Virus record (IMG/VR): IMGVR_UViG_3300047400_000216
Location: 1 to 29,353 of that record
DNA: 29,353 bases
DNA from: a virus
Taxonomy: Duplodnaviria; Caudoviricetes
Reading direction: 5' to 3' (one strand)
This document shows, piece by piece, positions 6,457 through 15,374 of the stretch. Each line of letters starts with the position of its first letter. Position 1 is the first letter of the stretch. The position numbers and the translations under genes are program-made. A model generated the notes under the pieces. That model searched no databases. It was not told the DNA's origin and was given only the letters and a program-made list of their open reading frames with translations.

Positions 6457-7402
6457 ACCGCGGGCCGTGCTTGTCGATGGCGGCCCACCCAAGCGTCCAG
6501 CCCGTCGTCTTGGTCGGCGTGTAAGTCATCGCCTTCGAGTCCTCGTCGGCGCAGTGCCCAGCGTTCAGCTCGAACATGGTCTCCTGCCGGAAGTTCCTGA
6601 ACACAGCCCCGCCTCGGTGCGTGTGGCCGCATACTACATTCCGAAGCAGATGGTCTCGATGCTGGCCTAGCTGGCTTGCATGTCCGTGAATGAACGCAAT
6701 GTCGGCGATGAGGTATTCCTCGCGCGTATCCATGACCGTCTCCACGCCTGGGAACGCAAGGTAGGCCTCGAGATACTTCTCGGCCCAGTGCTCCATTGAG
6801 GGAACGGCCTCGAGGATGCGCTTGAGCGGCCTCACCGCATGGTTTCCAAGCAGCATCACTCGCTTGGCCTTGGGGCACTTTTCTCCAAGCTGCTTCCAGA
6901 AGTCCTCGAGCGCCCGTCTGGCGATCTCTTCCTCTTCCTTGGGCTTGTAGATGTTCTTCGATGCAGGCCACTTCGAGTGTGCAAGGAAGTCCACCGCATC
7001 GCCGATCTGGACAATATATTCGGGCTGGAACTCCGCGCAGAACTCGATGAATGCTTGCTTGCAGGCCTTGTGGGAGAACGGTTCGTGCAGATCGCCCATG
7101 ATGGCGATCTTCGGCCAAACCGTTTTTGTGGAGCGCTCCCTGGGCTCGTGGCGTTCGAGATGAGCCTCGAGGCTCACTTCAAAAACTTGATTTGTGATCT
7201 TTTGCTTTTTAGTGCCGCGCCGATCCTCATAGGTATCTAGACCAGCGGCCTTGAGCAGTACGGTCATGCCGCCCGAGCGGCGAAGCATTCCCTCCGCCCC
7301 AGAAACGCGGGAAACGAACTCCGCCTTGGTAGGCACCTTCCCAAGCTCTAGTGCCAAGTCTTTAATCGCCGCAACAGCACGATGCAGTAGATCATTGTCC
7401 AT
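6440..7402 (-). CDS. calcineurin-like metallophosphoesterase with N-terminal helical domain
   Basis: Metal-binding motifs GDLH, GDAVD, GNH, HGH and GHTH. The start is placed at ATG 7402 because the TTG at 7438 is part of a TTGACA -35 box. Confidence 0.9.
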   Translation of the reverse strand: MDNDLLHRAVAAIKDLALELGKVPTKAEFVSRVSGAEGMLRRSGGMTVLLKAAGLDTYEDRRGTKKQKITNQVFEVSLEAHLERHEPRERSTKTVWPKIAIMGDLHEPFSHKACKQAFIEFCAEFQPEYIVQIGDAVDFLAHSKWPASKNIYKPKEEEEIARRALEDFWKQLGEKCPKAKRVMLLGNHAVRPLKRILEAVPSMEHWAEKYLEAYLAFPGVETVMDTREEYLIADIAFIHGHASQLGQHRDHLLRNVVCGHTHRGGAVFRNFRQETMFELNAGHCADEDSKAMTYTPTKTTGWTLGWAAIDKHGPRFIPFY

Positions 7403-7444
7403 GTCGGCAAAGGGTCGCACGATGCGCGAGAATGTCAACCGGGC

Positions 7445-7654
7445 CTAACGGCCACTAGAGCGGCGAAGCAGCTCGTCGACTTTGTTTTCAATTCGATCGA
7501 GGCGTTTTTCAATCGTGTTTTTCTTACCCTCGGCAGCTTCCTGCGTCTCGAAAGTCGAGTAGGCCCAAACGCTCACACCGGCTACAAGTCCGGCCACGAT
7601 GACAACGAGCTGAACAAAAAACTCCGCATCTGGAGGTCTGCGCCTAATGCTCAA
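7445..7654 (-). CDS. single-TM coiled-coil protein (holin/antiholin-like)
   Basis: One hydrophobic helix plus RLDRIENKVDELL, located in the lysis cluster. Confidence 0.6.
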   Translation of the reverse strand: MSIRRRPPDAEFFVQLVVIVAGLVAGVSVWAYSTFETQEAAEGKKNTIEKRLDRIENKVDELLRRSSGR

Positions 7655-7913
7655 AATTTACCCCGTTCTGTTCTAGGCACGACCGAAGGAGCGTGAGCGT
7701 TGCGTCAAAGTCCGGCGGACTCATGCAGCGATACCCCGTAGCCTGATCGAACGGGATCACCTCTTTGGCTTGCGTTCGGATCAAGCCCCCCTGGGCTGCG
7801 TCAAGATAGTAGATTTTGGCCTTGAGACCAGCGTGGCCGCACGACGCGACGCCGGTACAAGCTCCCATCATCAGGCCCAGAAGGAAACCCCTACCCACGG
7901 AGAACGCGCTCAT
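7644..7913 (-). CDS. lipoprotein, putative outer-membrane spanin (Rz1-like)
   Basis: Signal peptide ending in lipobox VAS-C. Overlaps the 3' end of the preceding small gene. Confidence 0.6.
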   Translation of the reverse strand: MSAFSVGRGFLLGLMMGACTGVASCGHAGLKAKIYYLDAAQGGLIRTQAKEVIPFDQATGYRCMSPPDFDATLTLLRSCLEQNGVNFEH

Positions 7914-8073
7914 AGTCGGAGGTGTCTCCTTTGGTTTCATCTGCCTTGCGTGAGGCATCGCGGACCTCCCCAACAATGCCAGCTTCCTTTTGAGCCGGAG
8001 TCTTTTGCAGACCCTTCAGGAAAGGCAAAAGCTCGCGCAGGAATTCCACGACCGCCACGATGGCGGAGATCAT
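7891..8073 (-). CDS. putative inner-membrane spanin-like protein (60 aa)
   Basis: Hydrophobic N-terminus MISAIVAVVEFLRELLPFL followed by a charged helix. ATGA overlap with the upstream gene. Confidence 0.5.
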   Translation of the reverse strand: MISAIVAVVEFLRELLPFLKGLQKTPAQKEAGIVGEVRDASRKADETKGDTSDYERVLRG

Positions 8074-8270
8074 TCGCTCGCAGGCTGCTTGATGCGCTGC
8101 GGAAGCAGGGCGTCCGACAGATCGGCGAGCTTGCGGAGCACCAAGGCCAAGCCGTGCAGAATGCCCATGGGCTTTTCGGTTTGCGCCATGCGGCAAGCAA
8201 ACTCCAAAGCCATAGCGACGATGCTTAGCGCCGAAGGACTGATTGAAAGAGCTGCGAGAATCTTATCCAT
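8070..8270 (-). CDS. small membrane protein, holin-like (66 aa)
   Basis: SD GAGG, two hydrophobic segments and a charged C-terminus. First gene of the lysis cluster. Confidence 0.55.
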   Translation of the reverse strand: MDKILAALSISPSALSIVAMALEFACRMAQTEKPMGILHGLALVLRKLADLSDALLPQRIKQPASE

Positions 8271-8428
8271 GATTTAACCTCAGTAAATTTTGCTAACCGG
8301 GGCAGGCTCATCCATGAGCCCGCCCCGATCTAGGGAAGGACGGCTGTTGGTCTGGCCGTTCAATGCCTTCTATTGTTTCCGAGGTTTCCCGCTTTGCAAA
8401 GCGTCCGGGCCGGGCGGACAATGAGAAC

Positions 8429-8845
8429 ATGAACATGACCCTCAAGCGTGCAGAGTTCCGTGCAGATGGGATCTTCGGCGACCTGATTTGCGATGCAAAT
8501 AGAGAACACATCGCGGCCACGCTCGAGCACGCGTACCCAGTAGGCGACGATTTTGCTCCGAAACTACCGGATGGGATCTATATCTGTGAGCGAGGATCTC
8601 ATCGCCTTAAACCGGATTCCGATGCTTTTGAGACCTTCGAGATCAAGGGCGTGCCCGGTCACTGGGGAATCCTCTTCCACATCGGGAACTACAATCGCGA
8701 CTCAGATGGCTGCGTGCTCGTGGGCACTGGGATCGGCTGGACCGCGAAGAAGGACAAAATGATCGTGGGATCGAAGCTCGCCTTCGATCGACTCATGAGG
8801 CGGCTCGAGGGTGTTCAGTCCTTCACTCTTACAGTGAAGTCCTGA
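8429..8845 (+). CDS. DUF5675-family protein, putative endolysin
   Basis: LKR...GIFGDL...ATLE...LPDGIY...GVPGHWGILFHIGN...DSDGCVLVG, with the HxGN...GC motif. Sits beside holin/spanin-like genes. Confidence 0.85.
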   Translation: MNMTLKRAEFRADGIFGDLICDANREHIAATLEHAYPVGDDFAPKLPDGIYICERGSHRLKPDSDAFETFEIKGVPGHWGILFHIGNYNRDSDGCVLVGTGIGWTAKKDKMIVGSKLAFDRLMRRLEGVQSFTLTVKS

Positions 8846-8848
8846 CGC

Positions 8849-8995
8849 TTACTCGCACTTATCTTTGCCGAGCTTGCAGAGTTTTCTTTCGTACTTGCAG
8901 AGTTCGGACTTGAACTGGATTGCCCGACACTCTTGGTAGTGCTTGGTTTCGATCAAGTTGTGTCCGAGAAAAATCCCGATAAGCAGTGCGATCAT
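8849..8995 (-). CDS. small hydrophobic-leader, 4-Cys protein (48 aa)
   Basis: MIALLIGIFLGHNLIETKHYQECRAIQFKSELCKYERKLCKLGKDKCE*. SD GGGGGA. Fills the gap between neighbours. Confidence 0.65.
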   Translation of the reverse strand: MIALLIGIFLGHNLIETKHYQECRAIQFKSELCKYERKLCKLGKDKCE

Positions 8996-9004
8996 AAGTC
9001 CCCC

Positions 9005-9400
9005 TTATGCGTTGGTAAATTCGAGTCCACTTATAGAACAGAACGCGGTTGCATTATTTGTTCCGGCGCTAACAAAACCCCTCACTTGCACACTTTGACC
9101 CGGGCCCACAACCACTCCAGAAGAAACTAATGGCACATTAACGGTACCGTTGCTTGATGTTACGCCGCTGGCGTAAGCCGCACTGAAATTGACATTACCG
9201 ATCAAAATAGTTGCCTGTGCGCTTTGAGAAGCTCCCGCAGTAGCAGTGCAGTAGTAATTCAAATTAACCAGCGCGTAGGCGTTTGCCGGAGCGGTGTATA
9301 CGGTGACGGTTGTTGTTCCCGCAGTGGTTTGTGTCACCTGATTTGACGCGCTAACTGCCGCACTAATTTTGGTCCCACCGCTGGAAAAGTTCGTGATCAC
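9005..9400 (-). CDS. minor tail / tail-tip protein
   Basis: Beta-rich Thr/Ser/Gly composition with a VYTAPA motif. GTGA overlap with the upstream tail gene. Confidence 0.65.
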   Translation of the reverse strand: MITNFSSGGTKISAAVSASNQVTQTTAGTTTVTVYTAPANAYALVNLNYYCTATAGASQSAQATILIGNVNFSAAYASGVTSSNGTVNVPLVSSGVVVGPGQSVQVRGFVSAGTNNATAFCSISGLEFTNA

Positions 9401-9945
9401 CTTGGCCTCCAGAAGATCGTGACGATGAAGTCAGCTCCGCCGGTCATCACGGAATTCACATCAAGCCGAAGCTTATCGCCTGACGTGAAGTTGACCGTCG
9501 AGAGCACGGGGCGAGTGCAACCCGTCGGGAGCGTTCCGTCAACCCCGTTGATATCGAACTGCACGTTATTCGAGGCCGTCGTCGTCACTGCAGGGAGCGT
9601 CGAAAAGATCGAAGTGTAGACGCTGGATCCGGCTGATGCCTTCTTGATGTCGACCTGCGTAGTGCCTGCGCTTCCGGTCGTTCCAGAATAGACCCGGATG
9701 TTTACGATGCTTGCGTTGTAGTCAAAGGTCTCGAAGGGCCCCAGGCCCGTGGCCGGAAGAGTTCCGACGAAGGCTGCAAGAGAGTAGTTTCCTGCGAGCC
9801 CAAAATAGAATGGGAAATACTGATAGGTATTGATGAAGTTGATCGAGGCCCCGACGCGCTGCACGAGATCCTCGGATATGGCCGAGCGAAACTGTGCGCC
9901 TTCAATGTAGATCGAGTTTCTGGCTGGAGTGATCGGTGTTCCCAT
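9397..9945 (-). CDS. minor tail / baseplate protein
   Basis: Directly follows the hub gene and has a beta-sandwich-like sequence. Confidence 0.7.
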   Translation of the reverse strand: MGTPITPARNSIYIEGAQFRSAISEDLVQRVGASINFINTYQYFPFYFGLAGNYSLAAFVGTLPATGLGPFETFDYNASIVNIRVYSGTTGSAGTTQVDIKKASAGSSVYTSIFSTLPAVTTTASNNVQFDINGVDGTLPTGCTRPVLSTVNFTSGDKLRLDVNSVMTGGADFIVTIFWRPR

Positions 9946-12423
9946 CTAGCTATACACGCGGTAGCCCGCGCCCCCGTCCTTGAATCCCACGATTTCAGCA
10001 TAGTAGCCAGAGCCCGGAGAAAAGCCAAGGGATGCCGAGACTGTCACCGTTCCTGTCGTTGCATTCACGGCGACCACCGAAACCTCGGGGCTAATGGCAC
10101 TCCATGTCGTATCTCGGATCAGCAGGACCGCTCCGACGACGAATTTTGTGATGTCGGTAAGTGAAACCTTGAACGATTGCGTGGACCCGCCAGCCAGGCA
10201 TGCGACCGAAGGGTCCATGAAGGCATGAATGGCTTTGTAGGCGGCATTCTGGGCCGCGATTGTCGTGTCTGGGTAGGTTGGGATATCTACGATGTATCCT
10301 GCCGCTGGAGGGCTTGCCAGGGCGGGAGAAACAGTCAGCGCAATGGGCGTCGTGGCCGTATCGATCCCGGTCAGGGTGACCTGCGTCACCGTCGTCCAGT
10401 CAGGATCTCGAACGACCACAGGCTGCCCTATGTAGTCCTGCCATTTGCTCTGCTCCAAGCTTGCGCCGTAGCTCGCCAAAACTCTGACGCTAGTCGTCGA
10501 GCTTCCGGTCGTGACCACTGAACTGGGGCTGATCGTTCCAAAGCGGTCGGCGGCCGATCCGAATTCCCCGGAAATGAGCCCCAGGGTGACAAGCCCGGAC
10601 TTGATGTCGGTCGTCTTGTCGATCACTTCATAGAGCGTGATCCCGATGTTTCTCGACCCATTGGCGAAGTTCGTGATCTTGAGATTGCCATTGTCCTTTA
10701 ATGCCACGACATCGCCCACTTCGATCTGAGCCCCGGTACCGAAATTGACCTTCAATTTGATCTCGCTTGCCGCCCTGCGGTAGCGGTTCAGCAGCTTGGT
10801 CGATACGCTTGAGATCAGCGCCGAAGCCCCAAAACTACTTTTTAGTCCGTTTGAACTAATTGGTAGTAGGTTTAGGATCCCGATCTGGTTCAACGAATCG
10901 GTGTCCAGGGCACGATAAACGCTCGTGTATTTCCCCGAGTCGTCTTGGTCGTAGTTGTATTGGATCTGGTTGAAAAACTTGCGATTGTTCATCGACCGCG
11001 TTTGAGTGATCTGTTCTGCGTCGATGATATTGTCCGGCGTTAGGAACACGAGCGTGCTCGATGCAATCGGGGTCTTCGTGATGTTGACCGACAGCTTCCC
11101 AAAGCGCGTGAGGGAATAGCACCCAATCGGAAGGAAAAGCTGCTGCTCGATGAACTCTTTGCCGGTCTGTTGGCTCTGGATATAGACCTGCATATAGTAG
11201 GACGCGTCGATCAGGTAAGTGTCGCGGATCGAGATATGAGCAGCGACGTCGATGTCCTGGGGACTCATCTTGAGGCCAGCAAGGACCGGAAGGGTATCGA
11301 ACTGCGACCGGAAGGCCAGCGTGTAACCCGTAGCCGCCGCCACGTAGGCCGTCGGAAGGTCGGTTCTGAGCACTCGGTTCTGAAGTCCTTGGCCGGATTC
11401 GATGGCCGTGATCGTGTAGGTCGTAAACGTCGAATCTGGCCTAGTGACCGTGACAAAATCACCGACCGATAACCCATAGTCGAGCACCGCATCCTTGGTG
11501 GAGTCGATCAGAATCGCGTTTGCAAGGCTCGACGTCCCGTTGGTCCCAAGCGCCTGAAAGGTTTGCCCGGATAGGTAGGGCCCGTTCCAGCCTGAGAGCA
11601 TGATCTTCAGGGCGATCGTCAGTGGGTGGCCTTCGATCTGAATCGTGTTCAGAATGTCCACGCCTGCGGCATGGTCGGCCGAGACGGTGCCCCTGGATCC
11701 TCGAGTCAGATTGGTCACCTGACCGGAAAACGGGATTCTTCCGTACTGGATGACCTCATTGTCTATCTTGAGGTAGCATTTGACGTTTAGGTCCAGCGGG
11801 TCGATCCCGGTATTCCCGATCTGATAGAAATTCGTCGTGTCCGTGTAGATCGTGGTCGGGCTTCCAGTGATCGCCGTCTGTAGGCTTGCCTTTGCGAGCT
11901 TAAAGGCCGCCTGCCTGCGCTTTTGGTTTGCATCACCGAAACCCAAGGTGATCCGGCCCGCTTGGGTCGTGACTGTCGTGATGATGCCTTGATATGCGAC
12001 GTAGTAATCGCCCGGGTATCCGCTGTTCTGGTATCCGACGTAGATTTTGACCGACTGGCCCAGGATCTCGGTAAGCACACCGCCGCCCGGGCTTACAAGC
12101 TTTGAGACATAGCCATCCTTGTCGATCAGGACGATACTCAACTGCGAGATCGAGGCCCTGCCCTGCTCGGGCTCGAGCCTCTGCTGGATCGACAGGCTGC
12201 TTTCCGAGCTGATGTATGGATAGCTCGACTGGTCGATGTATAGACCGCCGTACACAAGGCCCGGTAACCCGTAGGTGATCCCAGGATCGCCATATGCCAC
12301 CCGCTTGTAGGTCTGTTGCAGAGAAAACGTCACGGCCAAGCCGTCGATCGCAAGAACGATGTTCAGGTTCTTGGACTGGCTGGAATTCAGCGCAGTGAAG
12401 TTGGATGGGTAGTTTGTTGCCAT
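9946..12423 (-). CDS. tail tip / baseplate hub protein (825 aa)
   Basis: Size and position. LKIDNEVIQY...LTRGSRGTVSADHAAG and IEVGDVV motifs are typical of siphophage hub proteins. Confidence 0.75.
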   Translation of the reverse strand: MATNYPSNFTALNSSQSKNLNIVLAIDGLAVTFSLQQTYKRVAYGDPGITYGLPGLVYGGLYIDQSSYPYISSESSLSIQQRLEPEQGRASISQLSIVLIDKDGYVSKLVSPGGGVLTEILGQSVKIYVGYQNSGYPGDYYVAYQGIITTVTTQAGRITLGFGDANQKRRQAAFKLAKASLQTAITGSPTTIYTDTTNFYQIGNTGIDPLDLNVKCYLKIDNEVIQYGRIPFSGQVTNLTRGSRGTVSADHAAGVDILNTIQIEGHPLTIALKIMLSGWNGPYLSGQTFQALGTNGTSSLANAILIDSTKDAVLDYGLSVGDFVTVTRPDSTFTTYTITAIESGQGLQNRVLRTDLPTAYVAAATGYTLAFRSQFDTLPVLAGLKMSPQDIDVAAHISIRDTYLIDASYYMQVYIQSQQTGKEFIEQQLFLPIGCYSLTRFGKLSVNITKTPIASSTLVFLTPDNIIDAEQITQTRSMNNRKFFNQIQYNYDQDDSGKYTSVYRALDTDSLNQIGILNLLPISSNGLKSSFGASALISSVSTKLLNRYRRAASEIKLKVNFGTGAQIEVGDVVALKDNGNLKITNFANGSRNIGITLYEVIDKTTDIKSGLVTLGLISGEFGSAADRFGTISPSSVVTTGSSTTSVRVLASYGASLEQSKWQDYIGQPVVVRDPDWTTVTQVTLTGIDTATTPIALTVSPALASPPAAGYIVDIPTYPDTTIAAQNAAYKAIHAFMDPSVACLAGGSTQSFKVSLTDITKFVVGAVLLIRDTTWSAISPEVSVVAVNATTGTVTVSASLGFSPGSGYYAEIVGFKDGGAGYRVYS

Positions 12424-12429
12424 GTCCTA

Positions 12430-12849
12430 TTAGGGCTTCGGGTATTTTGCCTTGATCTCCAGCCTGAGAGCTTTTAGGCGTTCTAGGCCAGCATCGCCTT
12501 CGTCGAAGAATGCGTTCAGAAAGTCCGATGCGCTCGGGTATTCCTTGAGCCTGGACGAGATGCACTCTTTGAGCGCGTGCTCCTGAGTGATGTCAGTGAT
12601 CTCGACCGTGTAGTCGGCCTTGAGCTTGACCCACCGTTCAAGATCGCCTGTGACCGGATTTGGGCGATCCTCTTCCTTGATCACGTCGGCCTTGTCGTAT
12701 GCTTCGACACCCGGCTTCGGCTCCCAGCGGCTGTATTCCCGCTGCCAACGCTCGGGCCTTCCATGACCAAAGGCCGACAGATCAGGAACGGACTCCATTT
12801 GGTACTCGATCGATGCCCCAGATTTTTCGGTGACCTTAATTTTAAGCAT
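12430..12849 (-). CDS. putative tail fibre assembly/chaperone protein
   Basis: Coupled to the fibre gene. The C-terminal IKAKYPKP pattern is often seen in phage tail-associated small proteins. Confidence 0.55.
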   Translation of the reverse strand: MLKIKVTEKSGASIEYQMESVPDLSAFGHGRPERWQREYSRWEPKPGVEAYDKADVIKEEDRPNPVTGDLERWVKLKADYTVEITDITQEHALKECISSRLKEYPSASDFLNAFFDEGDAGLERLKALRLEIKAKYPKP

Positions 12850-15365
12850 TAGTTACCTACCCGAAGAATTGAAATGTGACCCACATACGATGCGCTTGTA
12901 ACGGCCACTGTTGGTCGAACGTCAATATAGTCGCCCGCGACAAGTCGCATAAGAACAACTCCCGGAGATCCGGCCGTAGTCGTCAGGGTGCTATAGCTGT
13001 AGGTATCTTGAACTCCGTTTTTGTAGACATAGGCAACATAGGAGGTCGCCGCCGAGAATGCCCACGCCTCGATCTGAAATACACCGGAGATTGGAGCTGT
13101 GAATTTCCAAGAGGCACCGGTCGTAACGGCGCCGTGAGTGTCCCAGATCTTCGTCGACGCATTCCATGGCGTTGTGGAACTGGCGGATGTTCCAATCGGG
13201 ATATCATATCTCGCTGACAAGCTTTCCGTGGAGGCGATCACGGACGGACCCGACAAGCGGAACAGACTTAGCGCATGAACAATCGAAGTCGTGAAGACCG
13301 GGCTAGTGCAATCTGTTCTCAATCGGATGGTAAGCAGGTCACCGGCCTTCAGGTTTTGCAGTACCACTCCGCCGGAAATATATTGGTTATTGGCGGTTGG
13401 CTTTGATGCTCCATCGGCAATTTGTACGCCGTTGACAACGAAACAGATTTCCCAAAAGGTGCCGCCGGTTCCCTGCGTTTCAAATTTGACGCTGCACCAG
13501 TAGTCCCCGGAGACCGGCACGGTATAGACTCCGCCAGAATAGGCTCCATGAGAGTCTTTGCTTGGCGTCGTGTTGAAGTTGATGGTTGTGCACGACGCAA
13601 AAGAACTGCTGATCGTTCCTGTTGGAGTGATCGACGACGTAGGATTGATCGTCAGGTCCACTACTCGAGTCTCAGTATCTGCGCTGGATTGCACATTTGA
13701 GGACCATCCAAGGATTGGAATCCTAGCCTTCAGCGCATAAGAAATAGAGGTGTTGGATAGCTGGCCATACGAAGACGAGATTGTGCCAAGGCTTCCGCTT
13801 GCAGCCTGGGCCTGCATAGTAAACCTGAGCTGCGTGGAAGAGTACGCCGAAGCGTATCCGATCCCAATGGCTGTCGCGCCAACATCGTAATAGTCAAAAG
13901 TGCCAAGACTCTTCGAATCATCGTTGGTTGAACTAGGCGACACCTTGTTGGTGTCGATAGAAAACCCAGGCGGCAAGTTGAAAAGATATGTCCCGCTTCC
14001 GGCGGTCCCGGCGGTCGTCTGTCGAAAATCCCAGCGGACTTCCATGTCCGATCCGACTCGACGCCACTGGGCTCGGTTGTACGCGACGGTTCCGTAGGTG
14101 GGGCTTGTGGTCGTGCCAGTTATTAGGGTGCCAGCGGCGACGCTAGGAAAATCCTGCCAGTCCGTGATCGGCGATCCCTGCGTGATGGCCTGCGATCCGG
14201 TAAAGAACTCGTCAAAATAAAGCTGGTAAGCGTTCGCCGCAGGGGTCGTCCCGGTCGTTGCGTTGACGCAAAGGATCGCAAGGCGAAACTGCGTCATGTT
14301 CGATGGCGTCTGCCAAGTCGCGGCCTCGATTCCCACGCCCGAGCTTTGCGTCATGCCGTAGACGCCCGCAGGCTGGATCCATGCCGCGTTCGTTACGTCG
14401 TACAGATACACGGCCCAAGTATTTGAGCTTGTGCCCGAAAAGTTCATCAAGGCGGTGCTTAGGTTCGCCACCGCGCTATATGCGAATCGGCTTGTAAGAA
14501 CCTTTGCTTGGTCTACAGGAGAAATGGCAAATGCCTGAGAAATGATCCCCTGTCCTGCCGCGATGTTGGTCGAGGCGATGTTCCCTAATGTGAGGCTGTA
14601 TAACCCTGAAAGCGGGTTGGTGCCGGTGACGCCGATTGATAAAGAAGCCGCAGATCCAATCGTCGGTGCGCCGGTCGGGATTAGGTTGGTCAGGCTGGTC
14701 GTGACAAGCTGCCAGCCGCCCAGGGTGTTGGACTCGAAGTTCGAGCCCACGGCCATGTAATTTTTACCTACGGCGGGCGAATTGATCGGCACCCAATAGC
14801 CCAGGGCGTAATCGGCCTCAAAGGTCGCACCGGAGGTGTTGGCGACCACGCAGATGTAGCCGTTATTCGTGTAGGTGGCGATATTGCCGACCTGATAGGG
14901 ATACGAGCTGATCCAGCCCGTGGCTCCACCGCCCGATCCTGAGCCCGCAGATGGCCTCCAGCGGCTTGCTGTCGTGTCGTAGTAGAACGATGCGGCCGAG
15001 CCCGATCCGACCGTGAGCAGGACTGCATTTGGCAACGTAAAGCGATTGGCAGCCGTTGCAGAACCCGATTCGTGATTAATCGTCACGCTCGAGCCGGAAG
15101 CATTCGAGATGATCAAAAGTTGACCATCGACGTAAGTAGTCGGGGCCACTGCGCCATTGATCGTCGTGACGGTGCCAGTGATTCGGACAATCGAGGTCGT
15201 GGTCGTCAGGGCGTTAAGGGTCGCTGCACTAGACTCGTCTCGCTTCGAGAGCGAGAGGTTCGAGGTGAAAGATGCCGGAAAGGTCATCTGGTCGGCCTGA
15301 TTCTTGTTCAGAAAAGCCGCGTTCGTGTTCGTTGCGTTGACCGGCGTACCGTTTACGACACCCAT
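12849..15365 (-). CDS. tail fibre / receptor-binding protein (838 aa)
   Basis: T/S/G-rich and modular. Carbohydrate-binding-like WISSYPYQVGNIATY segment. Two C-terminal C1q/TNF-like repeats (YTVPVSGDY...LKAGDLLTI; FTAPISGVF...LVAGDYIDV). Confidence 0.85.
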   Translation of the reverse strand: MGVVNGTPVNATNTNAAFLNKNQADQMTFPASFTSNLSLSKRDESSAATLNALTTTTSIVRITGTVTTINGAVAPTTYVDGQLLIISNASGSSVTINHESGSATAANRFTLPNAVLLTVGSGSAASFYYDTTASRWRPSAGSGSGGGATGWISSYPYQVGNIATYTNNGYICVVANTSGATFEADYALGYWVPINSPAVGKNYMAVGSNFESNTLGGWQLVTTSLTNLIPTGAPTIGSAASLSIGVTGTNPLSGLYSLTLGNIASTNIAAGQGIISQAFAISPVDQAKVLTSRFAYSAVANLSTALMNFSGTSSNTWAVYLYDVTNAAWIQPAGVYGMTQSSGVGIEAATWQTPSNMTQFRLAILCVNATTGTTPAANAYQLYFDEFFTGSQAITQGSPITDWQDFPSVAAGTLITGTTTSPTYGTVAYNRAQWRRVGSDMEVRWDFRQTTAGTAGSGTYLFNLPPGFSIDTNKVSPSSTNDDSKSLGTFDYYDVGATAIGIGYASAYSSTQLRFTMQAQAASGSLGTISSSYGQLSNTSISYALKARIPILGWSSNVQSSADTETRVVDLTINPTSSITPTGTISSSFASCTTINFNTTPSKDSHGAYSGGVYTVPVSGDYWCSVKFETQGTGGTFWEICFVVNGVQIADGASKPTANNQYISGGVVLQNLKAGDLLTIRLRTDCTSPVFTTSIVHALSLFRLSGPSVIASTESLSARYDIPIGTSASSTTPWNASTKIWDTHGAVTTGASWKFTAPISGVFQIEAWAFSAATSYVAYVYKNGVQDTYSYSTLTTTAGSPGVVLMRLVAGDYIDVRPTVAVTSASYVGHISILRVGN

Positions 15366-15374
15366 TGTATCCCC

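Noticed and set aside
12849-15365. Diversity-generating retroelement target in the tail fibre
   Set aside because: No reverse transcriptase and no adenine-variable template repeat were seen by eye.
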